From: an uncultured bacterium
GTDB lineage: Bacteria > Lernaellota > Lernaellaia > Lernaellales > Lernaellaceae
Length of the DNA: 54,367 nt
NCBI GenBank assembly: GCA_964534375.1
Contig: CAZHPN010000014.1
Coordinates: 1-54,367, forward strand
Reading direction: 5' to 3'
Part shown: one piece after another, positions 27,901 through 36,265 of the stretch
How positions within the stretch are numbered: the stretch's first letter is position 1
Layout of the letters: the number at the start of each line of letters is the position of its first letter
Position numbers and translations under genes: made by a program
Notes under the pieces: generated by a model
What the model saw: the letters and a program-made list of their open reading frames with translations, nothing else
Databases searched by the model: none
What the model was told of the DNA's origin: nothing

Positions 27901-28703
27901 GATGATGCCTTCCTTTCCGACCGCGCGTCGCCCGCCGGCGCGCGCGCTGGTTGATTTTCAAGGAGGTCGGGACGCACGACCAGGACCGGGCACCATCCGG
28001 ACTGAATCACCCGATCGATGGTCGAATCGAACATGACGCGGTTCACGAAGCTGCGGTTGCGCAACGTCATTACGGCTACGTCCACATCGATCTTCCGCGC
28101 GTATTCGGCGATCCGGTCGCCGGCTTTGCCGACGAGCGCCGCGGTCTTAATTTCTCGGCCGTTCCAGTACGGCGGGATGAGCAGTGCGAGTCTTTTTTCC
28201 GTTTCGGCGAGATCGGCGGCATGGCGAACCGCGTGGAATAGGGTCAGTTCGGCGTTGTGTTCCATGGCCATCGCCGCCGCATACGGAAAGGATCGCTGCG
28301 CCGCGCCGGAAAGATCGGCGCAAAAGAGAATTCGCTGCACGCGCATCGCGTCGGGGGCGTCGGCCGACGCCCCCGCGCGACGCCCCCGCAGCACGGCCAC
28401 GGGACAGCGGGCCTTTCGCAAAACCTTTTCCGCCGTCGACCCCAGGACCGGCCGTCCCGGATCGCGGCCGTGCGCTCCCATGATGATTTCGTCGACGGCG
28501 CGTCTCTCGGCGAAAAACAGGATGGCGCTCGCCGGCGAGCCGTCGCTCATGAAACACTCCGTCGCCGCGTCGTCGTCCGCGAACAATGCGGGCGAATTCC
28601 TGTTCGCCTGGAACTGCCGCGCCAACGCCTGCGCCGCGGCGCAGGCAGCGGCCGACGAATCGGAGAAATCCACCGGGCACAAAATTCGGCTCCTTCGTCT
28701 CAT
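27897..28703 (-). CDS. Tandem universal stress protein; first domain internally shortened
   Basis: ILCPVDFSDSS, IIMGAHG..VLGSTAEKVLRKARCPV; second domain ILFCADLS...CPVLVV. Confidence 0.8.
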   Translation of the reverse strand: MRRRSRILCPVDFSDSSAAACAAAQALARQFQANRNSPALFADDDAATECFMSDGSPASAILFFAERRAVDEIIMGAHGRDPGRPVLGSTAEKVLRKARCPVAVLRGRRAGASADAPDAMRVQRILFCADLSGAAQRSFPYAAAMAMEHNAELTLFHAVRHAADLAETEKRLALLIPPYWNGREIKTAALVGKAGDRIAEYARKIDVDVAVMTLRNRSFVNRVMFDSTIDRVIQSGWCPVLVVRPDLLENQPARAPAGDARSERKASS

Positions 28704-28724
28704 GCCAGCCCGCCTTTTGTTTCG

Positions 28725-28904
28725 TCACCAAATTTTTGCGCCTAACAACAGCAACGCCGTGCCCACCAAGAGACAGAAGAACCCCTCGTCGCGGGCGTCG
28801 GGATCCTCGGCTTCAAACACCGGTTTGCCGGAAATCATCAGAATCGCGCCGAAGAGGAACGCAAGCACGCCGAGGAATACGCTGATTACTCCGCCCCAAC
28901 TCAT
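28725..28904 (-). CDS. Small two-TM membrane protein
   Basis: ATG overlaps the upstream stop (ATGA) with RBS GAGGAGG; two hydrophobic helices. Confidence 0.6.
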   Translation of the reverse strand: MSWGGVISVFLGVLAFLFGAILMISGKPVFEAEDPDARDEGFFCLLVGTALLLLGAKIW

Positions 28905-29245
28905 TGCCGGACCTCCTCTTTTTCGAGTTCTCCGCGTGCGTCGCACGCGGCGGTTTGGACGCAATCTGACGCCTCGGTGAGGCGCCAGGTGGTGTGACTG
29001 AGCAGTCCGAGCATCTTGAGACAGTCGGCGATTCGTTGCCCGGGTTCGCTGCCCCACGCCGTGCATGCTTCGTTTTCCCAAACCAACTGGACGGCGATGT
29101 CGGTCGGCGCCGTGAGCCCGACGTAAACCTCCATGCTCGCCAATTCCGGATTTCCGGCGAGGGCCTGCCTGGCGCTGGTCAGGTAGGAAAGCGCGCCGTC
29201 TGCCACGGTAAGAGTTCGAACCTTGATCACTTCCAGCCATTTCAT
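28901..29245 (-). CDS. Small hypothetical protein (MKWLEVI family), paralog of 30989-31345
   Basis: RBS AAGGAG; shares WLEVI.VRT, Y.GLT.P, S.PGQ, L...G...H..W with its paralog. Confidence 0.7.
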   Translation of the reverse strand: MKWLEVIKVRTLTVADGALSYLTSARQALAGNPELASMEVYVGLTAPTDIAVQLVWENEACTAWGSEPGQRIADCLKMLGLLSHTTWRLTEASDCVQTAACDARGELEKEEVRQ

Positions 29246-29280
29246 GGCCGCCGTCTCCTTTGAACGCCGCCGTCTTGAGG

Positions 29281-29297
29281 TGCGAAATATATGCCAA
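29281..29297 (-). promoter_or_regulatory. Sigma-54 (-24/-12) promoter
   Basis: Minus strand TTGGCATATATTTCGCA = GG-N10-GC. Confidence 0.7.
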
Positions 29298-29347
29298 AAT
29301 AAAAACATCGTGATTCCCATGGCTTGTAAATGCACGGGGCTTGTCAC

Positions 29348-29395
29348 TGCAATATTTTGCAGTTGTGTCTTTATGTTTTTCTGCTAAATATTGCA
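29348..29395. promoter_or_regulatory. Putative enhancer boxes TGCA-N6-TGCA (29348-29361) and TGCT-N6-TGCA (29382-29395)
   Basis: Palindromic boxes between the sigma-54 promoter and the divergent activator gene. Confidence 0.55.
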
Positions 29396-29422
29396 GTTGT
29401 GGTCGCGTCAAGGAGCGGAAAT

Positions 29423-30967
29423 ATGGATGAGAGCGAATTCTTTCGCAAGTTCGCCGTGCGAATCTGCGGCAGTCTGGAAATCGAAAAAGCGTTGGCCAGC
29501 GCGTTGCTGTACGCTGGGGAAGCCATGCCGGTCGACGAGTTGGCTCTCGGTCATGTGGCGATCGAGCAGGGCGTCATCGAGTTCGTCGCGACCGCGCGCC
29601 GCGACGGGTGCGCGAAGATCTCGGTCAAGGCCGCTATACCGGCCAGGCTGAGAAAAGAGCTTTCCAGCTCCCATGCCCCCGAGCTTCGCGTGATCGACGA
29701 TTCCCGCCGGTCGATGATGGATTCGCTCGTCAAGGCTCTGGGGTGGCCCCCGTCATCGCTGCTGATCAACGCGCTCACCGTCGGCGGCGTGCGAATCGGT
29801 TTTATGGTCGCCCGCGCCTCCGGCTCGGACAGGTTCTTCGCGGAGCACGCCCGGCTTTGGGCCTGCACCACCGAGCCCGCGGCCGTTGCGTTGTCGAACT
29901 ATCTCACTCATCGCGAATTGATGGAGCTGAAGAACCGGCTCGCCGACGACAATCGCTTTCTCAAAGACGAACTCCGGGTCATCGCCGGAACCTAGATCGT
30001 CGGCGCGGAGTTCGGGTTGAGGGACGTGATGGCGAAGGTCCAGCACGTCGCGCCGCTGATTTCGCCGGTGCTGCTGCAAGGCGAAACGGGCACGGGCAAA
30101 GAAGTCATCGCCAACGCCATCCATAGTCTTTCGCCGCGCAACGGCGGCCCCTTCGTCAAGGTCAATTGCGGCGCCATTCCCGACACGCTGATCGACAGCG
30201 AATTGTTCGGTCACGAGAAGGGCGCCTTCACGGGGGCGCTCAGCCGGAAAATCGGCCGCTTCGAGCGCGCCAACGGCGGCACGATTTTCCTTGACGAAAT
30301 CGGCGAACTGCCCTTGCCAGCGCAGGTGCGGTTGTTGCGCGTACTGCAAGAGAACGAAATCGAGCGCGTCGGCGGCACGCAGACGGTCAAAATCGATATT
30401 CGCGTCATTTCGGGGACGCATCGCAACATCGACCGGATGGTGCAGGAAGGCCAATTCCGCGACGACCTGTATTATCGCCTCAAAGTGTTTCCGATCTATT
30501 TGCCCCCGTTGCGCGAGCGAAAACCGGATATTCCGGCGCTCGTGCATCACATTTTGCGAAAGAAGGCCCAGACCCTGGGCTTTCGTCGAACGGCCACGCT
30601 CGCGCCGGGCGCGATGGAACGCCTCTTGGCCTATCCGTGGCCCGGCAATATTCGCGAACTGGAAAACGTCATCGAGCGCGCCATGATCTTGGCCGACGGG
30701 AAGCCGCTGGAGTTCCTCGATCTGACGGGGCAGAACACGACGTTCGCTGCGCCGTGCGCAACGCCGGCCGACCTCGCTTCGCCGAATTCGCTGGCCGATG
30801 TGATGAAAGCTCACATCGAGGAGGTTCTCGCCGCGTGCAACGGGCGCGTCGAGGGGCCGACCGGCGCGGCCAAGGCGCTCGGGCTCAATCCCTCGACGCT
30901 CCGCTTCCGCATGCGGTCGCTCGGCATCCCCTACGGCCGCAAAGCCAAGGCGCGAAACGCCGGGTGA
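29423..30967 (+). pseudogene. FhlA/NifA-like GAF-AAA+-HTH sigma-54 activator interrupted by an in-frame TAG at 29993-29995
   Basis: RBS AAGGAG before ATG 29423; the frame continues past TAG as IVGAEFGLRDVM, then GETGTGKE, ELFGHEKGAFTGA, YPWPGNIRELEN and an HTH. Confidence 0.75.
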
Positions 30968-30988
30968 TTCCGGGTCGCGCCCGAAACG

Positions 30989-31345
30989 TCAAATTCGCGC
31001 CTCTTCTCGCGGCTCATCCGCATCGAATTTCGCCCGGCCCTCGGCAGCGGCATCCCAGGCGTTCCGCAGACTCCAGATGAAATGGTCGACCATGCCGAAT
31101 TTCGCCAAATCCCGCGTGAGTTGCTGCCCCGGCGCGCTGCCTCCGCTCAATACCGGATCGACGCTTTTCCAGAAGAGATGAATCGCGGCTTCGAACGGCG
31201 AGGTGAGCCCGCAATAGATCGCCGCGCCGTCCAGATCCGGGATGTTGGAGAGCTTTTCTTTGGCCGCGTTCATGTGGGACAACGCGATGTTGACGCTGTG
31301 CACCGACTGAAACGTCCGTACTCTGATTACTTCCAGCCACATCAT
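30989..31345 (-). CDS. Small hypothetical protein (MMWLEVI family), paralog of 28901-29245
   Basis: RBS AAGGAGG; motif similarity to its paralog. Confidence 0.7.
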   Translation of the reverse strand: MMWLEVIRVRTFQSVHSVNIALSHMNAAKEKLSNIPDLDGAAIYCGLTSPFEAAIHLFWKSVDPVLSGGSAPGQQLTRDLAKFGMVDHFIWSLRNAWDAAAEGRAKFDADEPREEARI

Positions 31346-31380
31346 GGCGTTCGCCTCCTTTCAAATCCGAGAAAAGGAAA

Positions 31381-31396
31381 TGCGAATTTCGTGCCG
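31381..31396 (-). promoter_or_regulatory. Sigma-54 (-24/-12) promoter
   Basis: Minus strand CGGCACGAAATTCGCA = GG-N10-GC. Confidence 0.65.
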
Positions 31397-31442
31397 CGGT
31401 AAAAACCATGCAGTTACGGACGGTTGGGAAATTCACTCTGGC

Positions 31443-31466
31443 GAATCTGCAAAATCCTGCAGATTC
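31443..31466. promoter_or_regulatory. Putative enhancer palindrome GAATCTGCA-N6-TGCAGATTC
   Basis: Perfect 9-bp inverted repeat with a TGCA-N6-TGCA core at 31448-31461. Confidence 0.6.
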
Positions 31467-31530
31467 TTCTACGGCATTTCACAGCCGCGGCGACGACGGC
31501 GCATGTCTTTGCGAAATCTCTCTCAGCCTT

Positions 31531-32115
31531 TCAGCCTTCGGCGCCGGCGCTTGACGCGGCCGGCGCATGCTCCATCGCGGCGCGAATTTTCTTCGGATAC
31601 CACCCGGTGAAGCGGAACGCGGCCATGAACGCCGCGACGATCGCGGTGATGCTGATCCACTTCGGCACGTGCGGCAGGTAAATCATCACGATGTCGGCGA
31701 GCGTCATGACGGCGAAGGCCGCCGCCCACACTACCGTGATGATGTAGTTGCTGCGGATGAACGACGGTTGCGTCCATACTTCCTTCGGCTCCGACTCCCG
31801 GGCGTATTGCAGCGTGAAGGGCTGGCGAATGGCCATGGAAACCAACACGATCATCAGCAGGCCGGCGTCCACGCAAAGCCGCACAACCACGATCGACAGC
31901 CGCGGCCCGGCGATTACGGCGTACGCCGTCAACCCGGCGAACAGAATCAGCGTCCCAGCTTCCAGCACCTTGACCGCCTTGTGCTGGCGGATGGAGGCGT
32001 AGCCGACCATCACGCCGGAGACAAAGGCGCCGGACGCCAGACCGACGGTCATCGCGACAAACTGCGCCACGATCGCAAACGCGATGAACGGTGCGAAGGC
32101 CAAAAAGATTGCCAT
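31531..32115 (-). CDS. Integral membrane protein (IspA/VC0807-like)
   Basis: Six TM segments; PFTLQYARE, FIRSNYIITVVW. Confidence 0.7.
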   Translation of the reverse strand: MAIFLAFAPFIAFAIVAQFVAMTVGLASGAFVSGVMVGYASIRQHKAVKVLEAGTLILFAGLTAYAVIAGPRLSIVVVRLCVDAGLLMIVLVSMAIRQPFTLQYARESEPKEVWTQPSFIRSNYIITVVWAAAFAVMTLADIVMIYLPHVPKWISITAIVAAFMAAFRFTGWYPKKIRAAMEHAPAASSAGAEG

Positions 32116-32130
32116 AAATTCCTCGCTTTC

Positions 32131-33768
32131 TTACTTGGTGTCCTTGAACGCCGGTTTGGGCGTCCGGTCTTCTTCCCAATCGACTTTCTTCACCTTGTCC
32201 ATGAACGACGTGCGGCCCGTGAACGACTTGGTCTTGCCGTGCTGCCACAGGTCGTACTCGGGATTCGCGTATTTCGCCCAAAACGCCGTCACTTTCTGAT
32301 CGAGTTCGCGCTCGACGTCCTTGTAATCCGGATCCCCGTGTATGTCGTTGTTTTGGTCCGGGTCTTTTTCAATGTCGAACAAGGCGGGCGCCCCGAACCG
32401 CGGCATGCGTTTCCAGTACGCGAACTTGCGCGTGCGAACGCCGCGCGATTCCTCCTGCTCGAAGAACACGTCTTCGCCCCAATTCGCCAGCGTCTCGCCG
32501 CGAATATGGCGGGCGTAGCTGCGGCCCGGCGTGTTGGCGATCGGCACTTTGCCGAAGCCCGCGTAGTCCAGCACCGTGGGCAGGAAATCGTATTGCCCGA
32601 TCATCAAATCGCTCACGCGGCCGGCCGGGATGACGCCCGGTTGCCGCAGGATGTACGGCACGTTCATCAGGCAATCGTAAAGCATCGAGGGCACGAGGAA
32701 GTTCGTGTGCCCGTACAGGCCGTGCTGGCCGTAGAAATTTGCCTGATCGGTCGAGAAAATGACCAGCGTGTCTTCCTCCAGGCCGCGCGCCTTGAGCGCT
32801 TCCATGACGATGCCGAGGCCATAGTCGACCATCGCGTTTTGCGACGCGCTGTTCGCCATCGATTCGGGGTCCTGGTGCATGCGCAGGCAGTCGTAAAACA
32901 AGTGCAAATTGAAATCGTTCGGGTTGTCGGGCCCGTAGATTTCGCGGATCAGCAGTTCGCTGAAGCGCGTGCGCGGCCAGGCCTTCCATTGCTTGTTCAG
33001 GTACTCCTTGTAAAACGGATTCGGGTCGGGGCCGAGGTTCGTCGGCGGCAGCAGGTACGGGCCGTCGAAATTCAGTTGCAGATAAAACGGCTTTTTGTCG
33101 TTGTAGTGCATGAGAAAATCGGCGCCGCGCTCGGCGAAATGCTCCACGATGTGCTTGCCGTCGAGCTTGTATTCTTTGCCGTTGTCGATGATCGTGTTGT
33201 GCCAGAAACTCAGCGTGTGGCCGTACGGAAAACTGACCCAATAATGGAAACCGGGCATCGCGTGCCGCGGCTGGCCCATGTGATATTTGCCGATCATCGC
33301 CGTGTGATAGCCGCGGTTGGCGAGCGTGACCGGCAGCGTGCGAAATTCCTGCACGGCGCACCAATCGGCCGGCCAATGCTCCAGGGCGCTGTCGGCGATC
33401 CAGTCGTGGATGCCGTGCTGCGATGGGATCAGCCCGGTCATCAGCGTTGCGCGCGTCGGCGAGCACAGGCCGTTGCAGGCGAAGGCTTCCGTGAACCGCG
33501 TGCCCTCTTCCGCCAGGCGATCGATGTGCGGCGTCTTGATGTCCGGACTGCCGTAACAGCCGATCATCGAGGTGGGCTGATTGTCCGTGAGCACGAACAG
33601 AATGTTCGGCGGTTTGCGCTTGGGCGTCGCGCCGAACACCAGCGACGGCGCGAGCGCCGCGGCCCCGACCGCCGCCGCCCCGGCTTGGATGAATTCCCTG
33701 CGGGTGACGCCGCCGGGCTCCGTGGTCGTCGTCGCGGGCATGCTCGTTTCATCGGATTTGTTGGACAT
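32131..33768 (-). CDS. Tat-exported formylglycine-dependent sulfatase
   Basis: TRREFI Tat motif; PNILFVLTD; CSPTRATLMTG; GKYH. Confidence 0.9.
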   Translation of the reverse strand: MSNKSDETSMPATTTTEPGGVTRREFIQAGAAAVGAAALAPSLVFGATPKRKPPNILFVLTDNQPTSMIGCYGSPDIKTPHIDRLAEEGTRFTEAFACNGLCSPTRATLMTGLIPSQHGIHDWIADSALEHWPADWCAVQEFRTLPVTLANRGYHTAMIGKYHMGQPRHAMPGFHYWVSFPYGHTLSFWHNTIIDNGKEYKLDGKHIVEHFAERGADFLMHYNDKKPFYLQLNFDGPYLLPPTNLGPDPNPFYKEYLNKQWKAWPRTRFSELLIREIYGPDNPNDFNLHLFYDCLRMHQDPESMANSASQNAMVDYGLGIVMEALKARGLEEDTLVIFSTDQANFYGQHGLYGHTNFLVPSMLYDCLMNVPYILRQPGVIPAGRVSDLMIGQYDFLPTVLDYAGFGKVPIANTPGRSYARHIRGETLANWGEDVFFEQEESRGVRTRKFAYWKRMPRFGAPALFDIEKDPDQNNDIHGDPDYKDVERELDQKVTAFWAKYANPEYDLWQHGKTKSFTGRTSFMDKVKKVDWEEDRTPKPAFKDTK

Positions 33769-34975
33769 TTGCCGCCTCCGTCATGTTCATAATTGTCGAA
33801 ACCGGCCGCCGATTGCGAAGCAAGCCCACCATCGCTTTCATGGGGCCGGCCGTGTGCCGCAAAAATTTTTTCGTTCCGGCGCAAAGATAATTCAGGCCCG
33901 GCTCGCCGGCGGCCGAGCTGCCGAAACGATGTTTCAAACAACCGCCGCGGCAGGCGAACAGCATATCGCAATTCTTGCACGCCGCGGGGAGCGACGTTTC
34001 TTTGCCCGCGCCGAACGCCCGTTGTTTTTCGGACTCGACCATGGCGCGCAAGTCATCGGTGAGCACGTTGCCCAGGCGATATTCGGGATACATAAAATGA
34101 TCGCACGAGTAAACGTCGCCGTTGTGCTCGACGATCAAGGCCCGGCCGCAACGCGCGGCGAAGGTGCAAGCCGTTTGCGGCGCGCCCGCCCAGGCCGCCA
34201 GGGTCCATTCGAAGTTCATCACGAAGATGCGCCCGACGTCCTGCCGCACCCATTCGTCGAAAACCCCGCAGAGGAAATCGCCGTAGCCGTCGGGATCGAC
34301 CGACCAGGGCGTCGGCGCCGCGTTTTCGGCCGCGTCGGGTCCGGCGAGCGCCGCGCCGTCGTGATCCGCCATTCGTTCCACCACCGGAATGAACTGCACG
34401 AACGTAACGCCCTGGCGCCTGAAAAAGCGATAAACCTCTTGAGGCTTCTGCGCCGATTTCCGGTTGATGCAAGCCAGGATATTGAATTCGACTTTGCGCT
34501 TTTTCAACACGTCGAGCGCGCGCATCGCCAGCGCAAACGTCGGCGCGCCGTGGGGGCCGCGGCGGCAGGGATCGTGGATTTCTTCCGGGCCGTCGAGGCT
34601 GAGCCCCACGAGAAATTTTTCCCGCGCGAGAAACCGGCCCCATTCGTCGTCGAGCAGGACGCCGTTGGTCTGCAACGTGTTGCCGATATTCTTGCCCGCC
34701 GCATATTTTTTCTGAAATGAGACGGCTTTGCGATAGAAATCCAAACCCATGAGCGTCGGCTCGCCGCCCTGCCACGAAAATATCACCTCCGGCGCATCGT
34801 TGGCCTGGATGTACTGCCGCGTGCAGGCTTCCAGCACCTCGTCCGTCATGCGAAAGCTGGTTTTCTCGGGGAAAAAGCGCTCCTTTTCGAGGTAAAAGCA
34901 GTATGTACAGCGTAAGTTGCAGCGCGGGCCGGCAGGCTTGGCCATGAGATGAAAACAGACCGCAGTTTCACGCAT
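33749..34975 (-). CDS. Anaerobic sulfatase maturase (radical SAM/SPASM, AslB/ChuR family)
   Basis: KPAGPRCNLRCTYCFY, WQGGEPTL, QTNG, YSCDHF, CRGGCLKHR; adjacent to the sulfatase. Confidence 0.92.
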   Translation of the reverse strand: MRETAVCFHLMAKPAGPRCNLRCTYCFYLEKERFFPEKTSFRMTDEVLEACTRQYIQANDAPEVIFSWQGGEPTLMGLDFYRKAVSFQKKYAAGKNIGNTLQTNGVLLDDEWGRFLAREKFLVGLSLDGPEEIHDPCRRGPHGAPTFALAMRALDVLKKRKVEFNILACINRKSAQKPQEVYRFFRRQGVTFVQFIPVVERMADHDGAALAGPDAAENAAPTPWSVDPDGYGDFLCGVFDEWVRQDVGRIFVMNFEWTLAAWAGAPQTACTFAARCGRALIVEHNGDVYSCDHFMYPEYRLGNVLTDDLRAMVESEKQRAFGAGKETSLPAACKNCDMLFACRGGCLKHRFGSSAAGEPGLNYLCAGTKKFLRHTAGPMKAMVGLLRNRRPVSTIMNMTEAANVQQIR

Positions 34976-35139
34976 GAGTGGAGCGTACCAGCGGCCCGCG
35001 TGGACGTCAATCGTTGTTGCCGCCGATGGCGGCGGCGGCAGCCTGTCGCTCAGATTCATGGGAATTACGGGGCTTTTGGGATATTCCAAGCCGGATAAGC
35101 CGTGAAGCTAATGTGCTCGAACGACCGAGGGCTGCGCGA

Positions 35140-35178
35140 TCTCCCGGCCTCTCAGCCTTTCGGTCTCCCAGCCTCTCT
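35140..35178. repeat. Octamer-type short repeat (CTC[C/T]CAGC); related run at 31519-31540
   Basis: ctcccggcctctcagcctttcggtctcccagcctctc. Confidence 0.55.
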
Positions 35179-36264
35179 CTTCATTGCTGCCGCAACCAGC
35201 GGCGCAAGCGCCTCGGCGATGACCTGGTGGCCGCAGGCGTTGGGATGCGTGAGGTCCGTCGAGAACCAAAGCCAGCCGTTCTTGCTGCGGTCGAGCGTCG
35301 CGGCGCCGAGTTCTTGCAGCAGCGGGCTGCGGCAGGAGGCGTAGGCCGGATCGGTCTTGATCGCCTCGACCTTGGAAAAGAGCAGCGGCAACGTGTTGAT
35401 CGCGGGCACGCCCACTTCGCGGGCGACGGCGAGCACGGCCTGGCGGTATTGGTCGTCGACGCTGCCGATGTTCACCAAGACGACGCCTACGCCGTGCGCG
35501 CGCGCCTCGTCGACGAACACGCGCAAATTTTCGCTGAAGCGCTCGGGCGGCACGCGGCGGATCGCCTCGAACGCCTTCGACGGATCGTCGGGCGGGCCAG
35601 TTTTTTGGGGCTGCCGGCGCGCGGGGCCGACCAGGCCGATTTCGCGGCGACGGTCGGCCAGGTGCTCGGCGGTCTCGGGCGCAAGGCCGGGCATCAACTC
35701 CGAATCGGTCGGGGTCTTGCCGGCCCGATCCACCGGCGCGGCGCTTTCGTCGTTGTGGCCGAAGGCGACGATCAGCAGATCCGGCTGCTGCGCCCACACC
35801 TCGGGCAGCGACAACAGCCCCTGCTGCGTCGAGTAGCCGGGCGTGCCGAGGTTCAGCACTTCCATCGGCCGGTCGCTAGCGGCCAGCGCGCGCTCGAGGA
35901 CCTTCGGCCACGTTTCGTCGGCCGCGACATCCCAGCCGAACGTCGAACTGTCGCCGAGCGCGACGATCCGCGGCCCGGTCTTCGGCCCGAACGGCCGGTC
36001 GCGATAGCCCTGCGGGTTGATGCGCGCGGTCCATTTCGCGCCGCTGCGCCGCCACGATTCGGCGAATTCGCCGTACAGCCCCACCGGCACGATTTTCTGC
36101 GCGTTGGGCTTCAAGACATGCCCGCGCGTCGGGTGCGGCGCCGTCAGCGCCGCGTACACGTCCGCCGTGGGGCTGCGCAGCCAGGCGCGCACAACGTTGC
36201 GCCCGCCGAACAGCGCGACGGCCACGAGCAGGAGCGCGAAAAAGATGATGCGTCGCGACGTCAC
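35152..36264 (-). CDS. Membrane-anchored SGNH/GDSL hydrolase family protein
   Basis: N-terminal TM segment, INPQGYRD, LGDSSTFG, NLGTPGYS, GHND, DLTHPN; GTG start just after the upstream stop. Confidence 0.85.
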   Translation of the reverse strand: MTSRRIIFFALLLVAVALFGGRNVVRAWLRSPTADVYAALTAPHPTRGHVLKPNAQKIVPVGLYGEFAESWRRSGAKWTARINPQGYRDRPFGPKTGPRIVALGDSSTFGWDVAADETWPKVLERALAASDRPMEVLNLGTPGYSTQQGLLSLPEVWAQQPDLLIVAFGHNDESAAPVDRAGKTPTDSELMPGLAPETAEHLADRRREIGLVGPARRQPQKTGPPDDPSKAFEAIRRVPPERFSENLRVFVDEARAHGVGVVLVNIGSVDDQYRQAVLAVAREVGVPAINTLPLLFSKVEAIKTDPAYASCRSPLLQELGAATLDRSKNGWLWFSTDLTHPNACGHQVIAEALAPLVAAAMKREAGRPKG

Positions 36265-36265
36265 G

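Noticed and set aside
29993..29995. Genome-wide TAG reassignment
   Set aside because: TAG ends several genes at their expected C-termini (lemA, dctM, hemW, the DUF1566 gene)
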